DNA from: Octopus vulgaris
Taxonomy: Eukaryota
DNA length: 64,000 bases
NCBI GenBank assembly: GCA_951406725.2
Contig: OX597824.1
Coordinates: 80,166,001-80,230,000, forward strand
Direction of reading: 5' to 3'
Shown: in pieces, positions 40,587 to 54,250 of the stretch
Numbering within the stretch: position 1 is the first letter of the stretch
Layout: each line of letters starts with the position of its first letter
Translations under genes and position numbers: made by a program
Notes under the pieces: model-generated
The model's input: only the letters and a program-made list of their open reading frames with translations
Told to the model about the DNA's origin: nothing
The model's database searches: none

Positions 40587-41223
40587 ATAGACAGACGCAT
40601 GTACGCACATGCATATTAATTTCTCTCTGTGAAACATGTTCTTTCTCACTTTCTTCTCTCCACTTACAATTTCCTCCCTCGACCCATATTATTCGAACAC
40701 CCCTGCCATATTTAACCGATTAAATTTTTTGTGTGTTTATTTTATTCCTTAGTGTTGTTTTATTTATTTTTTATATAATTTTAAAATATTTTTTCTTTCC
40801 TTTCTTTTATCTTCGGAACTCCTCATCTTTCATTCTTTCTTCCGGAGGCGAGCGATCTTTTGCAACCGGAACCGGAGAAAGTCAAAGAGACTATCAGAGG
40901 AAACAGACAGAAGACTAAGAGACTTAGCAGATAACCAGACGACAGCCCGATGAATTTAGTTCAACGCTTTGAAAGAACCAAAACGTAGCTCACTCCCTGC
41001 CCTGATTCCCTGAAATATATTGTAAAATTAGATCTTAATGAATAGGGCATTAACAAAATTTGACGCAGGCTGGAAGTGATTAGAGAAAAGGGATATCTAG
41101 GAGCTGGGGAAGATAGTACAAAACACGGATAATTGAAAAAGAAAAGGGGAAAAAAATGATTGAAAAATAAAGATAATGACAGTGTGATAGTATGTGTGTT
41201 TTTTCATTTCTGTTTTTAAGCAT

Positions 41224-41542
41224 TCAAAGTCTTTCCATAAGGAAAGTGGCTAGTTTCTCAAAAAGACACGAAGCAATGTCGTTGGAATGTAGGTAGCAAA
41301 AACAAATTCGCTTGTTAAACTTGAGAAGAGTCTTCCATATTTCTGCTGCTCGACTTACAGAAGAATGAATTCGTAATATGCTTGTTAACTGGTTGATTTC
41401 TTTTCCTGTAAACCCTAGCCTTTTCAGATTGTCTTTTAGGCATTTACTCACAGAACCAAATGTACAACTTATCATTGGTGTAAATGTGAATTTATAATCT
41501 GGGTATAGATGCTGGCGGTTTCGGAGCAGTTGTCCGCAATTA
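41224..41542 (-). mobile_element. Degenerate 3' end of another RLE-type non-LTR retrotransposon
   Basis: LYPDYKFTFTPMISCTFGSVSKCLKDNLKRLGF...IWKTLLKF resembles the C-terminal part of restriction-like endonuclease domains. Confidence 0.55.
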
Positions 41543-41560
41543 TGTATATATGTATGCATG

Positions 41561-42201
41561 TAATCTTTACTTTTTGACCGACAGATTTTTCAAAAAATAC
41601 TTTTTGTAACTAAATACTTTCAAACTTCGGACACTGATAGAATGTGTCATGTAAAACATCTTTTACGCTTAGCGTTTTTGAGAAAAGCTTATATTTAGGA
41701 AGTTATTTCACGTTAAAGTTGTAGTATTTCGGTAATTTTCAACCAATCAATGACGTGTATTCAGCTGTATATAATTACTGCTGTTGTTTGTCAACAAGAA
41801 CTTATTGCAGTGTATATTTCGTTTGTCACTGTTATTTATGACAACCCTAACCCTAAAACCAGAACCCTAACCCTAACCCTAAAATCCTAACCCTAACCCT
41901 AAAACCAGTACAAACGCACGAACGATGTCATAAATAACAGGGAGAAACGAAAAATACACCTCCGATAGTTGTTGACAAACAACGGCAGTAATTTTATTCA
42001 GCTGAATACAAGTCATCGATTGGTTGAAATTACCGAAATAGGACAACTTTAACGTGAAATTACTTCGTAAATATAAGCTTTTCTCAAAAACACTAAGACT
42101 AAAAGATGTTTTATAAACACATTGTACCAGTGTCCGAAGTTTGAAAGTGTTTAGTTACAAAAAATTATTTTTTAAATCTGTCGGTCAAAAGGTAAAGATC
42201 C
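41561..42201. mobile_element. Long-TIR MITE with a telomeric-repeat core
   Basis: Arms 41563-41843 / 41926-42199; (CCCTAA)n variants at 41843-41906; GTATGCATG repeated on both flanks. Confidence 0.88.
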
Positions 42202-43458
42202 GTATGCATGTAAGAATATTTGTCTATCTGTGGTTTGTTTGTTTGTGTGTCAGTGTGTGTGTGTGTTTGTCTATGTGTATACTTGTTTGGGTTATATCAA
42301 GCAAATAAACAGTAAAATGTCTATAAGACTATGTAAACCATTGCCAAGCAATGTGGCAAATATTAATTATAATTTCAATGATAATATTAATGATATATTC
42401 TATATATATATAAGCTACGAAGTTATGTACCAAGATGCAGTTAAAAACAAATACAGACAAGGTGTCCATTAATCCAAGATTCAGTAAAGTAGATTGGGTG
42501 CCAGGATCGTAAATGTAAGACGAAAAACATTGAAGTACATCAATATTTAATTTTATACACAGACGCGCACGGACAAACAGACAGACACACACGGACGCAC
42601 GTGCGTACATACACAGACGCAAATACACGGACACAGACACACATACACACACAGATACACACAGACACACAGATACACAGACACACAGATACACAGACAC
42701 ACAGATACACAGACACACAGATACACAGACACACAGAGATACACACACATTATCTGTTCTATGTTGCCGTTTATGACGAAAATGCGATGGTAGCCATAAC
42801 TTAAGACAAGTCTATTCATCTAAGAGCAGGCTTGTTTCTTTCCTTTTACAGTTCGTTGAATTCTAAAGTAACAGCCGATATTTTTTTAAAATCTATTTGC
42901 TTTCACTTCTTTTTACTTCAGTCATTGGATTGTGGCCATGCTGGAGCACCAACTGCAAGGAGTTAACTCTTACAAATCAACCCCGTGCTTATTTCCAAGT
43001 CTGATTATCAAGCGTCCATCTCTTGTTGCAGAATCGCTAAATTCAAAGAAATCTACACCCATTAATGTTTGGTATAGCTATTCTTTCATTCTTGTTAGTG
43101 CTTTAGTCATTTAACTGCGGCTATGCTGGAGCACCGCCTTGACGGATTTTAGTTAAACATATCGACTTCAGGACATATTTTTGAAAAACTAGTACTTATT
43201 CTATCAGTCTCTTTTGCCAAACCGCTAGTTTACGGGGACGTAAACACACTAACGCCGGTTGTCAAGCGGTGATGGGAGACCACACACACAAAATCAAAGT
43301 AAGCAACTAGGATACCCTCAGGATATCCTTGTTGCTTATTTTGATTTTAATCACCTTATTTTGAAATTGTATGGATAATATTGTACTAAATTTTGGTGCC
43401 TCAACTTAAGTACCATATTCATCTGAATCTAAATTTTTGCTGAACTCATTTACCATAC

Positions 43459-43530
<72 letters not shown>

Positions 43531-44220
43531 CATATCAAAAGGGAAATGAATTTAATTAAATTTAAAATATTCAATCAAAATTTACATTTCCAGTGGTCTA
43601 ACGTGCAAAAAAAATTAGTCAAGAAGACTATATATTAGTTACACGATATAGTTACACGATATATTAGTTACACGATATATTAGTTACACGATATTTATAC
43701 ACATAAGGAATCTACACTTAGGGTGAGATTCAACACATTAGATAACCACAAAAATAATAGATAAAATTCGACAGGAATAAATTTGGAAATGAAAAACATT
43801 TACCATTTAATACCCCGGAACAAATTGGTTTCTGATCTTCTTTTAGCAAGTCGGGGGAACTCGCAAGGTCTGATCTTCTTCGGCGAGGTCCAACCTGGGG
43901 TTAAAACATATAAGACAGAAGACAAGGACTGCTACCTGTCTACTGTTTATACGCCTTTCATCCTTTCAGAGTCGATAAATTAAGTACCAGTTGCATACTG
44001 GGATCGAACTAATCGACTGTCCCCCCTCGCCCCAAATTCCGGGCCTTGTGCCTAGATTAGAAAAGATTCTTGTTTGATTGTCTGCTGAGGTTGACTTTGC
44101 CATTAAGTACCAGTTGCGTACTGGAGTCAACCTAATCGAATGGCCCTCATCTCCCCCAAAATTTCCGGCCTTGTGCCTAGAGTAGAAAAGATTCTTGTTT
44201 GATTCATTTACGGAACTATA

Positions 44221-44750
<530 letters not shown>

Positions 44751-45399
44751 TAATCTTCTCTGACATAACTCTTGAGTAAACTCATGGCCCTTAAAAAGGC
44801 TTACTGGGCCCCACCGATCGATATTAAATGTACTTTCGGTTTTCTGATAGTGGTCGAAAGAAATTTAACAAGATCCAAGCTTTTGATAATAACACTGTTT
44901 CATACAGGCTGACCTGGTGCCAAAAAAACAATCGGTCTAACCACCATTGTTAAGAGCGCTAGACTGACAATCTTAAGAGCGTCGAACAAAATGTCTTGCT
45001 GTATTTAGTTACAGTTCTTTATGTTTGCAGTTTCATTCATTTCTTCTAAGGTCAAAATTGTCTCTCAGGATCGATAAAATAAAGTACAAATCAAGTATTG
45101 GCATCGATATAATCGATCAAACCTTTCACCGAAATTTCTGATCTTATTTCCATGAATTATGTTATTATTAGCACTAACACCATCATCAACGCCGTCAACA
45201 CGACAGCCAAAACCACATCCACCACAACCACTTCTACCTCCACCACAACTGTTGGTACTAGTATCATTATCATCATCATCATCATCAACGTCATTGTAAC
45301 TACCATCATTACTTTCATCACCAGCGTATGCCACCATCAATAATTCCACTACTACTAAGCAGTACTATTACAATGTCTGATGCCAGCACTGACACCTTC

Positions 45400-45840
45400 A
45401 CCACCAATACCACCACCACCACCACCACAACCACAACCACCACCACCACCACCATCGCCACCACCACAACCACCACCACAGCCGCCACCACCACCACCAC
45501 CACCACCACCACCACCACCACCACCACCACCACCACCACTACAACCACTATCACCACCACCACCACCACCACCACCACCACCACCACCACCACCACCACC
45601 ACCACTACAACCACTATGTCCACCACCACCACCACCACCACCACCACCACCACCACTAACACCACCACCACCGGCACCATCACTATCACCACCAACGATA
45701 CCCTCACTTACCAACACAACCACCACCACCACTAACACCACCACCACCGGCACCACCACTACCACCACCAACGACACCACCACCACCACCACCACCACTA
45801 ACACCACCGACACCACCACCACCACCACCACCACCAAAAA
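45400..45840. repeat. (CAC)n-based microsatellite
   Basis: Direct inspection; it explains the poly-Pro/Thr/Gly/Val ORFs. Confidence 0.92.
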
Positions 45841-47186
45841 CAACACCTTCAGCACCACCACCATAATCAGTGCCACTACCATCAACAGCATCGAGCGCCA
45901 TCCATTCATTCCCCCGCCCAAAAAATTTTTCACAGCCCACACCTGCCTCATAACCCACCCAAGCGTCCATATATTGGCAGCCATCTCATCACATAATTAC
46001 CCGCTTTCTGCAGACAATATCACCGCACAAGTCGATGATGTTCACCTTGTTTCACTCCACTCCACTCCACTCCACTCCACCCGCGCCACTCACCACATCT
46101 TCCTTCCATTCTTTTTTTTTTCCTCTTTTGCTTCCACATCCTCCAATTTTCTCCATCATCTTCTTCCACCAGCGTTATAATTTACCGAAGTCGTTAAGCC
46201 AGCCAGTTTGCTCACCAGGGGGCAGCACGCCACCAGTTTATCCTCTCTCTCTCTCTTTCTCTTTCTACTCTCTAAACCTCATTAATACCCCCACGGTTTA
46301 CCGATTGTCTCCGGGTGTGTTTGTGTGTGTGTGTGTGTTTGTATGTGTGTGGATGTACGTATACGCCTCTTCCTCTCACTCTTTTTTTGTTTTCTCCCTC
46401 TATCAATCTATCAATCTATCTTCTTAACTGTCATTTCCTTTCTCCAAGGTGATCTTTATCTAAATCAAGCTTTTATTATATCATTCTCAAGAATTGTTCC
46501 TCTGTTTATTTTCTACATTCTCTCCCTTTCTGTTCGTTCTTTTATTCGTGCATTCTTTAATTCAGTCATTTGACTTCCCTAATAATCTTTCTCCTCTCTT
46601 ACGCTCTCTCTCCCCACCTCTCTTTCCTTTCTCTCTCTCTCTCCAAGCATACACATATACATACTCATAATCATTCATTTGTAAATACATGCATACTTAT
46701 GTATGTATGTATGTATGTATGTATGTATGTATGTATGAATGTATGTATGTATGTATGTATGTATGTATGTATGTATGTATGTATGTATGTATGTATGTAT
46801 GTATGTATGTATGAATATATGCACGCACACACATACACACACAACACACACACATATTCCATTCTGTGTTAACCTTGTAGTTTACTCTTTGAAACTCATC
46901 AAAAGTTACTGGCCTACCTATCAGATATGATTCTAAATCTGAGATCGATTTATTACTGATCATATTTCAAAAATCCATAATATCCAAAGTATTAATATTG
47001 GCAAAGTATTAACAAGGCGAGCAGACTGAGTAAATTGTTTTCTTACATTAATTTACAATTGTTTCACTGCAATTCAAGCTCAAGAGTATTACTATATCGT
47101 TATATAATATATATAACCGTAAACCCAAGATGTATCATTATATCAATTCAATTAAATATCAGCTCATCAGAATTCTCTATAAAATG

Positions 47187-47567
47187 TCAAGTATGTGCCA
47201 AAACTGCTTTCAGTCGACCAAAACGACACTTGGGTTTTAGTTGCATAAGATTTCTTTGATTGTGTCGAAAACGAAGAAAACTTTCTGAAAACATTGCGTA
47301 GGCCTCTGAGCCGGTACCGCCAATCTTTTGGCAAAATTTGATGCAGATTCTCTGCTCAACTTTCTCCGCTATGGTCAATGCGACGATCAAACACTACACA
47401 CGTAAGAGTCAGGCATTGCCGTGAACAGTGGAAGTGATACAGAGCATTAAAACTTAGTGGGCATACACAACAGAGTTGAAGGTCAATCTGTGCCAAGCAG
47501 CTTTACTCTGCGTGCTTTAGCTTCGTTACTATAGCAGCAATCCGGATACTTATTGATCAGACCACAT
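47187..47567 (-). mobile_element. Mariner 5' remnant
   Basis: TIR-like TATGTGGTCTGATCAATAAGTATCCGGA on the minus strand, then EKVEQRICIKFCQKIG.T.SEAY, typical of a mariner N-terminus. Confidence 0.8.
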
Positions 47568-48059
47568 ATAAACACACCTGCTGGCTATAGTCATGCTATA
47601 GTCATATTGACTATATATGGCTATAGTTATATATCTGGTTATATATAGTTATAGTTATATATACGGCTATATATGGCTATAGTTATAATATACATTTTGT
47701 ATGAGATTCTGTTGAGTTGACATTCGATTGTATCGATATGGTGATACACTTTGAGTGTATAGTTGCATATATTATATGTCTGAATCATGTATATACATTT
47801 GGAATACATTTGAACATAGGTCTCTTGAAATAAGTCTGACATGAAGAACAGCAATCATTAGAAATGCTTTTCTATCGATTCAGTTATCAAGAACTCATGT
47901 TATATATTGTTGTTATAAATATTATTGAAACTACCATTCTTTTGTATTGTCGTACTTATTGTTATTGTTCTTAGAGTGATTGTCTTTTATTGTGATTATT
48001 TTTGGACAGATCCTTTCACATAACAATAACCGTCCGATAATAATAAACATGGGATAAAA

Positions 48060-48290
48060 CGCGGCGAGCTAGCAGAAAAAGTAGCACGTCGGGCGAAATG
48101 CTTAGCGGTATTTTGTCTGTCGTTACGTTGTGAGTTCAAATTCCGCCGAGATCGACTTTGCCTTTCATCCTTTCGGGGTCAATAAATTAAGTACCAGTTA
48201 CGCACTGGAGTCGATGTAATCGATTTAATACCTATGTCTGTCCTTGTTCGTCCTCTCTGTGTTTAGCCCCTTGTGGGTAGTAAAGAAATA
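48060..48290 (+). mobile_element. SINE family B
   Basis: Collinear with 3388-3620. Confidence 0.9.
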
Positions 48291-48755
48291 AGGTTGTCAC
48301 CGAAATTACATATCCATGCTCAAGCTTTAATCTTTTTTTATTTTTTAGTCAGGAGGAGAGGGCAAATCCTACGACATTTTATAGGGTCTTCAAAACTGGT
48401 AAAACAGAGATAAGGTATTCTCAAACTAGAGACTTGGTCAAATGCTTGCAACAGGGTGGACACCGTAAAAGGTAACCGAGGTATCAGATGATGCCATTAA
48501 AATGGGCAATCGTTTGTCGCGTAACATAGCATTTGACTATCCCGTGCGGTAGCTAAATTGGGCGTGTCATTCCTTAAATGGGCTAATTTGGGATCTTCCT
48601 TCGACAATAGCACACTCTTGTATATAAAGTGACCGCACTGTACGTTCGGCCAACCTCGCACATTGAATGCAGCACCACTAACGAGAGATTGAAAAAAAGT
48701 ACGAAACAAAAAATTGTTACTGGATCCTCTTACGTCGAAATCGGTAGGAGAATCC

Positions 48756-48781
<26 letters not shown>

Positions 48782-48789
<8 letters not shown>

Positions 48790-49093
48790 CAGGGCTTACT
48801 GCTAGGAAGTCGGCCGTATGCTAGAAACAGATCATCAACGATCAAACTACAAGGAAATTCTCTAGAGGAAAAATTCAGCGAACACCAGAACCAAATTTGG
48901 CGGGCAGGACAGATGAAAATTTAGATAAAAAACAGAATTCTGTTTTTTATATACATTTTCATCTGTCCTGCCCGCCAAATTTGGTTCTGGTGTTCGCTGA
49001 ATTTTTCCTCTAGAGAATTTCCTTGTAGTTTGATCGTTGATGATCTGTTTCTAGCATACGGCCGACTTCCTAGCAGTAAGCCCTGCCAATATA
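48782..49093. repeat. Near-perfect 312-bp palindrome with no spacer
   Basis: Centred on GAATTC (48935-48940); only two mismatches seen. Confidence 0.95.
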
Positions 49094-49191
49094 GACATAT
49101 ATTAGAATTTTCTCTGACTTCTCAGATTTTTTGTATGCTGGACTACTGGTTTTAAATTGATATTAAAATTAATATTAATTTATCTCCCTCA

Positions 49192-49242
<51 letters not shown>

Positions 49243-49510
49243 TATGGTTTTACTTATTATATTATATTATATTAAACTTTTTAATACTTCTTGACAGTTA
49301 TATATATTTAAAATTAAAAAAATTAAAATATTTAAAAAATAAAAAAATATATAAAAATTTATAAATATAAATTAAAAATTTTTAATTTAAATTATTTTAA
49401 ATTTTAAATTTTATACTTTTTGCATATTATATTAATTATTTTTCTTTTTATGTTTTTGTTTATGTTTTTCACTATTTGATTTGCCTAATAGTGGTTTTAT
49501 CTCCAATTTA

Positions 49511-49541
<31 letters not shown>

Positions 49542-49973
49542 CTTTATTTTTACATTTTACTGGATTCTGTCATGGCTGCAGTCCAATGACCGGATCCAGT
49601 AAAGGATAAAAGATAAAGAACATATATTATGGATTCTACCGTTGATTTCAGATCCAGTAACCATTTTTGCTTCTGTTTTTTTTTCTTTTTGTTCTTTAGT
49701 TCTGATGCCTATGTCTCTTATGAGACTTTAATCCTGTCAATGATTTTCGAGCAAATCCAGAGATTGGACATAAGAGAGGATTGTTCTACAAATCGGTTGG
49801 CATGTTAGTTCGAGATTTTCTCATGGTTCGCAATTCTTTAAGATGATTCCAACGGCTTAATTCAAAATTGTTTTTATGGCTTCATAGCAAGTTAATCTTC
49901 ATTCATTGCGATTTAATGCTGGTTCTCAAATGCTTCTGGAAGCACAGACTCACACACACACATGTGTGTACAC

Positions 49974-50013
<40 letters not shown>

Positions 50014-50278
50014 CGTGGGGGTAGTCACTTCTGGAATGCATTTAGGCTGACAAGAGGCCAAACAACCGTGGCAACTACAAGAGCAACGATGACGACGACA
50101 ACAACAGGAGGATGTAATGCTGCTGCCTAAGATGATGATGATGATGGTGATGATAGCGATGATGGTGGTGTCGGTAGTGGTGTCACTGGTGATGTTGGTG
50201 GTGGCGGAGGAGGTAGTGGTTGTGATGGTGGTAGTGGCTGTGATAGTGGTGGTGGTAGCGGAGGTGCTGACGATGATA

Positions 50279-50337
<59 letters not shown>

Positions 50338-51132
50338 ATTGATGATGATGATAATGATGAAGGTTATGATGCAGTGACGACGCCGATGATGATGGTGAGG
50401 GTAATGTTTAAAATGAACTAGAAGAAGAAAAAAAAGAAAAGAAAAATGATGCAAGAAAAAAAAAAAAGAAGAAGAAGAAGAAGAAGAAGAAGAAGAAGAA
50501 GAAGAAGAAGAAGAAGAAGAAGAAGAAGAAGAAGAAGAGGGGGAGAAGAAGAAGGCAGAGAAGAAAACGCTGGATAAGATAGGAAACGAAAGTAACGAGA
50601 GATGTAGGGTGGAATGTCCTAGTCAAAGAAAAGATGGTGGAAAGCGAATGAAAGCAAGGCTTTTAAAGTGGTAGGGTCGTGAAAGGGGAGATAAATACTG
50701 ATAGAAATAGAAATAAGTGGTTCAAGAGAAGACACAACATAGAAAATAAATAGAAAAGTACACGGGCGGTATAAGAAAAAAAAGGAAGAAAAAAAGTACA
50801 CTATATAGAGGGGTTGTGGGTGAGGCTTTTTTGCTTCTTTCAGGAAACTCAACAGAGCGTATTTCAATGAGCGCACAATATGATCAGCGGGTGGGTTCTT
50901 TTGGCTTATGGTGCTGGTGGAAATGTGATGATGAAGTGCTGGTGGCTGGCACGGTAAGGTTGGAAGTCGATGGTTGCTGAGCTGACATTGTTGTCATTTA
51001 AAGGAGCTAGCATCTCTTCTTTCCTGTATTTTTTTTTATTTATCTTTATTTTTTTATTTTATTCTATTTTATTTCGTTTTTATTCTTAGTTTTACGCTGA
51101 GGGTTGTTTTGTTTTTCTGCTTTGTTTTTCTT

Positions 51133-51187
<55 letters not shown>

Positions 51188-51633
51188 TTTTCTCTCTCTC
51201 TCTCTCCCTTTCCCCGTCCCTCCCTCCCTCCTTTCTTTCTGGGTTCGGTTGTTGTATTCGAAGTATAACTTGTGGGAGTAATTTGCGTGAACGTTGATTT
51301 CTAACACGCACGCGCACACACAAACACACACACACACATATATATATACATGCATACGTACACACATATACACAGACACAGACACACACACACATACAGA
51401 CACACACACACATACACACATATATACATACATACGCACACACATATGCACTCATACACACACTCATGCACACGTATATATATATGTACATACACACGCA
51501 CACACATATACACACATACGCACACACGCACACGTATATATATGTACATACACACGCACACAGACGCATATATATATATACACACATACATACGCACATA
51601 CACACATATGCATATGTATATATATGCATATAT

Positions 51634-51666
<33 letters not shown>

Positions 51667-52233
51667 CACGCACAGATATATACACACACGCGCACACACA
51701 TATATCCCTATACATATGTATACACTTAATATATAATTATATATATATATAATGTTTTATGAATAAAAATACGTATAAATGTACATATGTGCTATATGTA
51801 TTTATATGTATATATTTCGTTTTTCTATATGTGGTACAACACAATTTCATGTATTCAGTTTTCTTCTTGTTTCCTCGTGTGTTTGTTTCTTTGCTTGAGA
51901 CAGGTGCATCGTTGATAATGTCGAGGTTAAGAGATCGGAGTGTGGGTAGGACAGCCGCTTGCGGGGGGTGCTGGGGGTGTGTAGGTGACCGAGGAGTTTG
52001 TTTGCAAGGAATGGGCAATATTGCAGTTGTTGTTGTTGTTGTTGTTGTTGTTGTTATAGCTAATATTGATTTCTGACACTGGCACAAGTTGTGACATAAC
52101 AGCTGCTGCACACAAATACTTTCTCTCCACTCTCTCTCTCCCTCTCTCCACTCTCTCCCTCTCTCTTTCTCTCTCTTAGTCTCTTTGTGCCTCTCTCAAT
52201 TATACATATACATGTGTGCACGCGTGTATGTGT

Positions 52234-53078
52234 ATACATATAAATCATATTTCTGTGTATGTTGTGGGCGTGTGAAAAATAATATTAATATAACAATGAT
52301 ACAATAATGTAATCATGATAACATAATAATAATAGCAATAATGATGTTCATCATAATAATTATTATAATGATGTATACATATAAATCGTATTTCTGTGTG
52401 TTTTGCGGACGTGTGAAAAATAATATTAATAAAACAATGATACAATAATGTAATCATGATAACATAATAATAATAGCAATAATGATGTTCATCATAATAA
52501 TAATTATAATGATATATACATATAAATCATATTTCTGTGTGGTTTGTGGGCGTGTGAAAAATAATATTAATATAACAATGATACAATAATGTAATCATGA
52601 TAACATAATAATAATAGCAATAATGATGTTCATCATAATAATAATTATAATGATATATACATATAAATCATATTTCTGTGTGGTTTGTGGGCGGACGTGT
52701 GAAAAATAATATTAATATAACAATGATACAATAATGTAATCATGATAACATAATAATAATAGCAATAATGATGTTCATCATAATAATTATTATAATGATA
52801 TATACATATAAATCGTATTTCTGTGTGTTTTGCGGACGTGTGAAAAATAATATTAATAAAACAATGATACAATAATGTAATCATGATAACATAATAATAA
52901 TAGCAATAATGATGTTCATCATAATAATTATTATAATGATATATACATATAAATCATATTTCTGTGTGTTTTGTGGGCGTGTGAAAATTAATATTAATAT
53001 AACAATAATACAATAATGTAATCATGATAACATAATAAATAATAGCAATAATGATGTTCATCATAAAAATTATTATAA
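52234..53078. repeat. Minisatellite, ~141 bp x6
   Basis: Unit TACATATAAATC(A/G)TATTTCTGTGT...GATGTTCATCATAATAA repeated. Confidence 0.92.
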
Positions 53079-53361
53079 CTATGATAATAGCAACAACAAA
53101 AATAATTGTAATAATCTTTTCTGTTATAGGCCCAAAGCTTGAAATCTTGGAAAACGGGGTTAGTCGAATACATTTTAAATGATAACTGATATTTATTTTA
53201 TGGACCCTGAAGCAATCAAAAGCAAAGTTAATCTCGGCAGAATCTGAACTCAGAGTATATGCACCAATAAAACGCTTTTAAATATTTTGTCCGGCGCGGT
53301 AACGATATTGTTATATATTTGTCTGAATATATCTTTTATCATACCATATGTGCTTGTCATT

Positions 53362-53496
53362 ATTGGAATTGTTCCTATTTTTAGACTCCACATCCTAGTT
53401 ACCTCTATTTTCAGATCTTTGTATTTTGAAAGTTTCTCCGTTTCTTTTAGAGAAACATTGTCATCTGTTGGTATTAATACATCGATTAGAAAGCAT
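53362..53496 (-). mobile_element. Dong/R4 endonuclease fragment
   Basis: Reverse complement of ~61470-61610; abuts (TTA)n. Confidence 0.8.
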
Positions 53497-53520
53497 ATTA
53501 TTATTATTATTATTATTATT

Positions 53521-54109
53521 GAGTGAGAGAGCAGTTCATGCCATCAAAGTGACACTGGGGTAAAATATACGAAGCCCAATATACCCATCATGACTACCCG
53601 TCTGATAAAGGTACACCAGGCACATGCATCACAACCATATGTGCGCGACATGGTGATCTCATATCAAGATAAACAGCACATGACCTTGCAGGTGGGGCCC
53701 AGTTAGAATTTTCTTCAGGTTGAGTAGCCCATCCCGCTCAAACGGTCCCTGAATAAGGGTTGTTTAAGGATGTTGAAAGAACCACCCATGTTTCCAGAGG
53801 TGAACTATTCAAACCCCAAAGAATCCCTCTCAACACATGGCTATGATGCTCCCCCACTACTTCTGCTCATGATCAGAGATGCACATATCGTCAGCCACTA
53901 AGGGACATGCTCAACTGGTTAAGGTCAAACAACTGGCAAGCAAATCTGTGGTATTGAGCAGAATATTTGCTGTAGCCCATCTTTGTGGTATTGAGCAGAA
54001 TATTTGCTGTAGCCCATCTTTGTGGTATTGAGCAGAATATTTGCTGTAGCCCATCTTTGTGGTATTGAGCAGAATATTTGCTGTAGCCCATCTTTTTTTG
54101 CTGTAGCCC
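53521..54109 (-). mobile_element. TAA-associated non-coding element with a 4 x 37-bp repeat at its 5' junction
   Basis: Reverse complement of 863-1321; (TTA)n on both sides. Confidence 0.88.
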
Positions 54110-54154
<45 letters not shown>

Positions 54155-54219
54155 GTTTGACTTTTGCTTTATATTTGTACAAGTTGGCTCCAAGTCTCAC
54201 CCAGAGACATCAAGAGACA

Positions 54220-54248
<29 letters not shown>

Positions 54249-54250
<2 letters not shown>

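Noticed and set aside
41843-41906. True telomere or chromosome fusion site
   Set aside because: Short, degenerate, single orientation and enclosed in MITE arms.
45328-46180. Poly-Pro and poly-Thr ORFs resembling formin or mucin
   Set aside because: Open in several frames on both strands because of (CAC)n; no flanking domain or splice support.
53947-54094. 37-bp repeats as a CRISPR array
   Set aside because: No spacers, eukaryotic context, and the unit is part of a retro-element.
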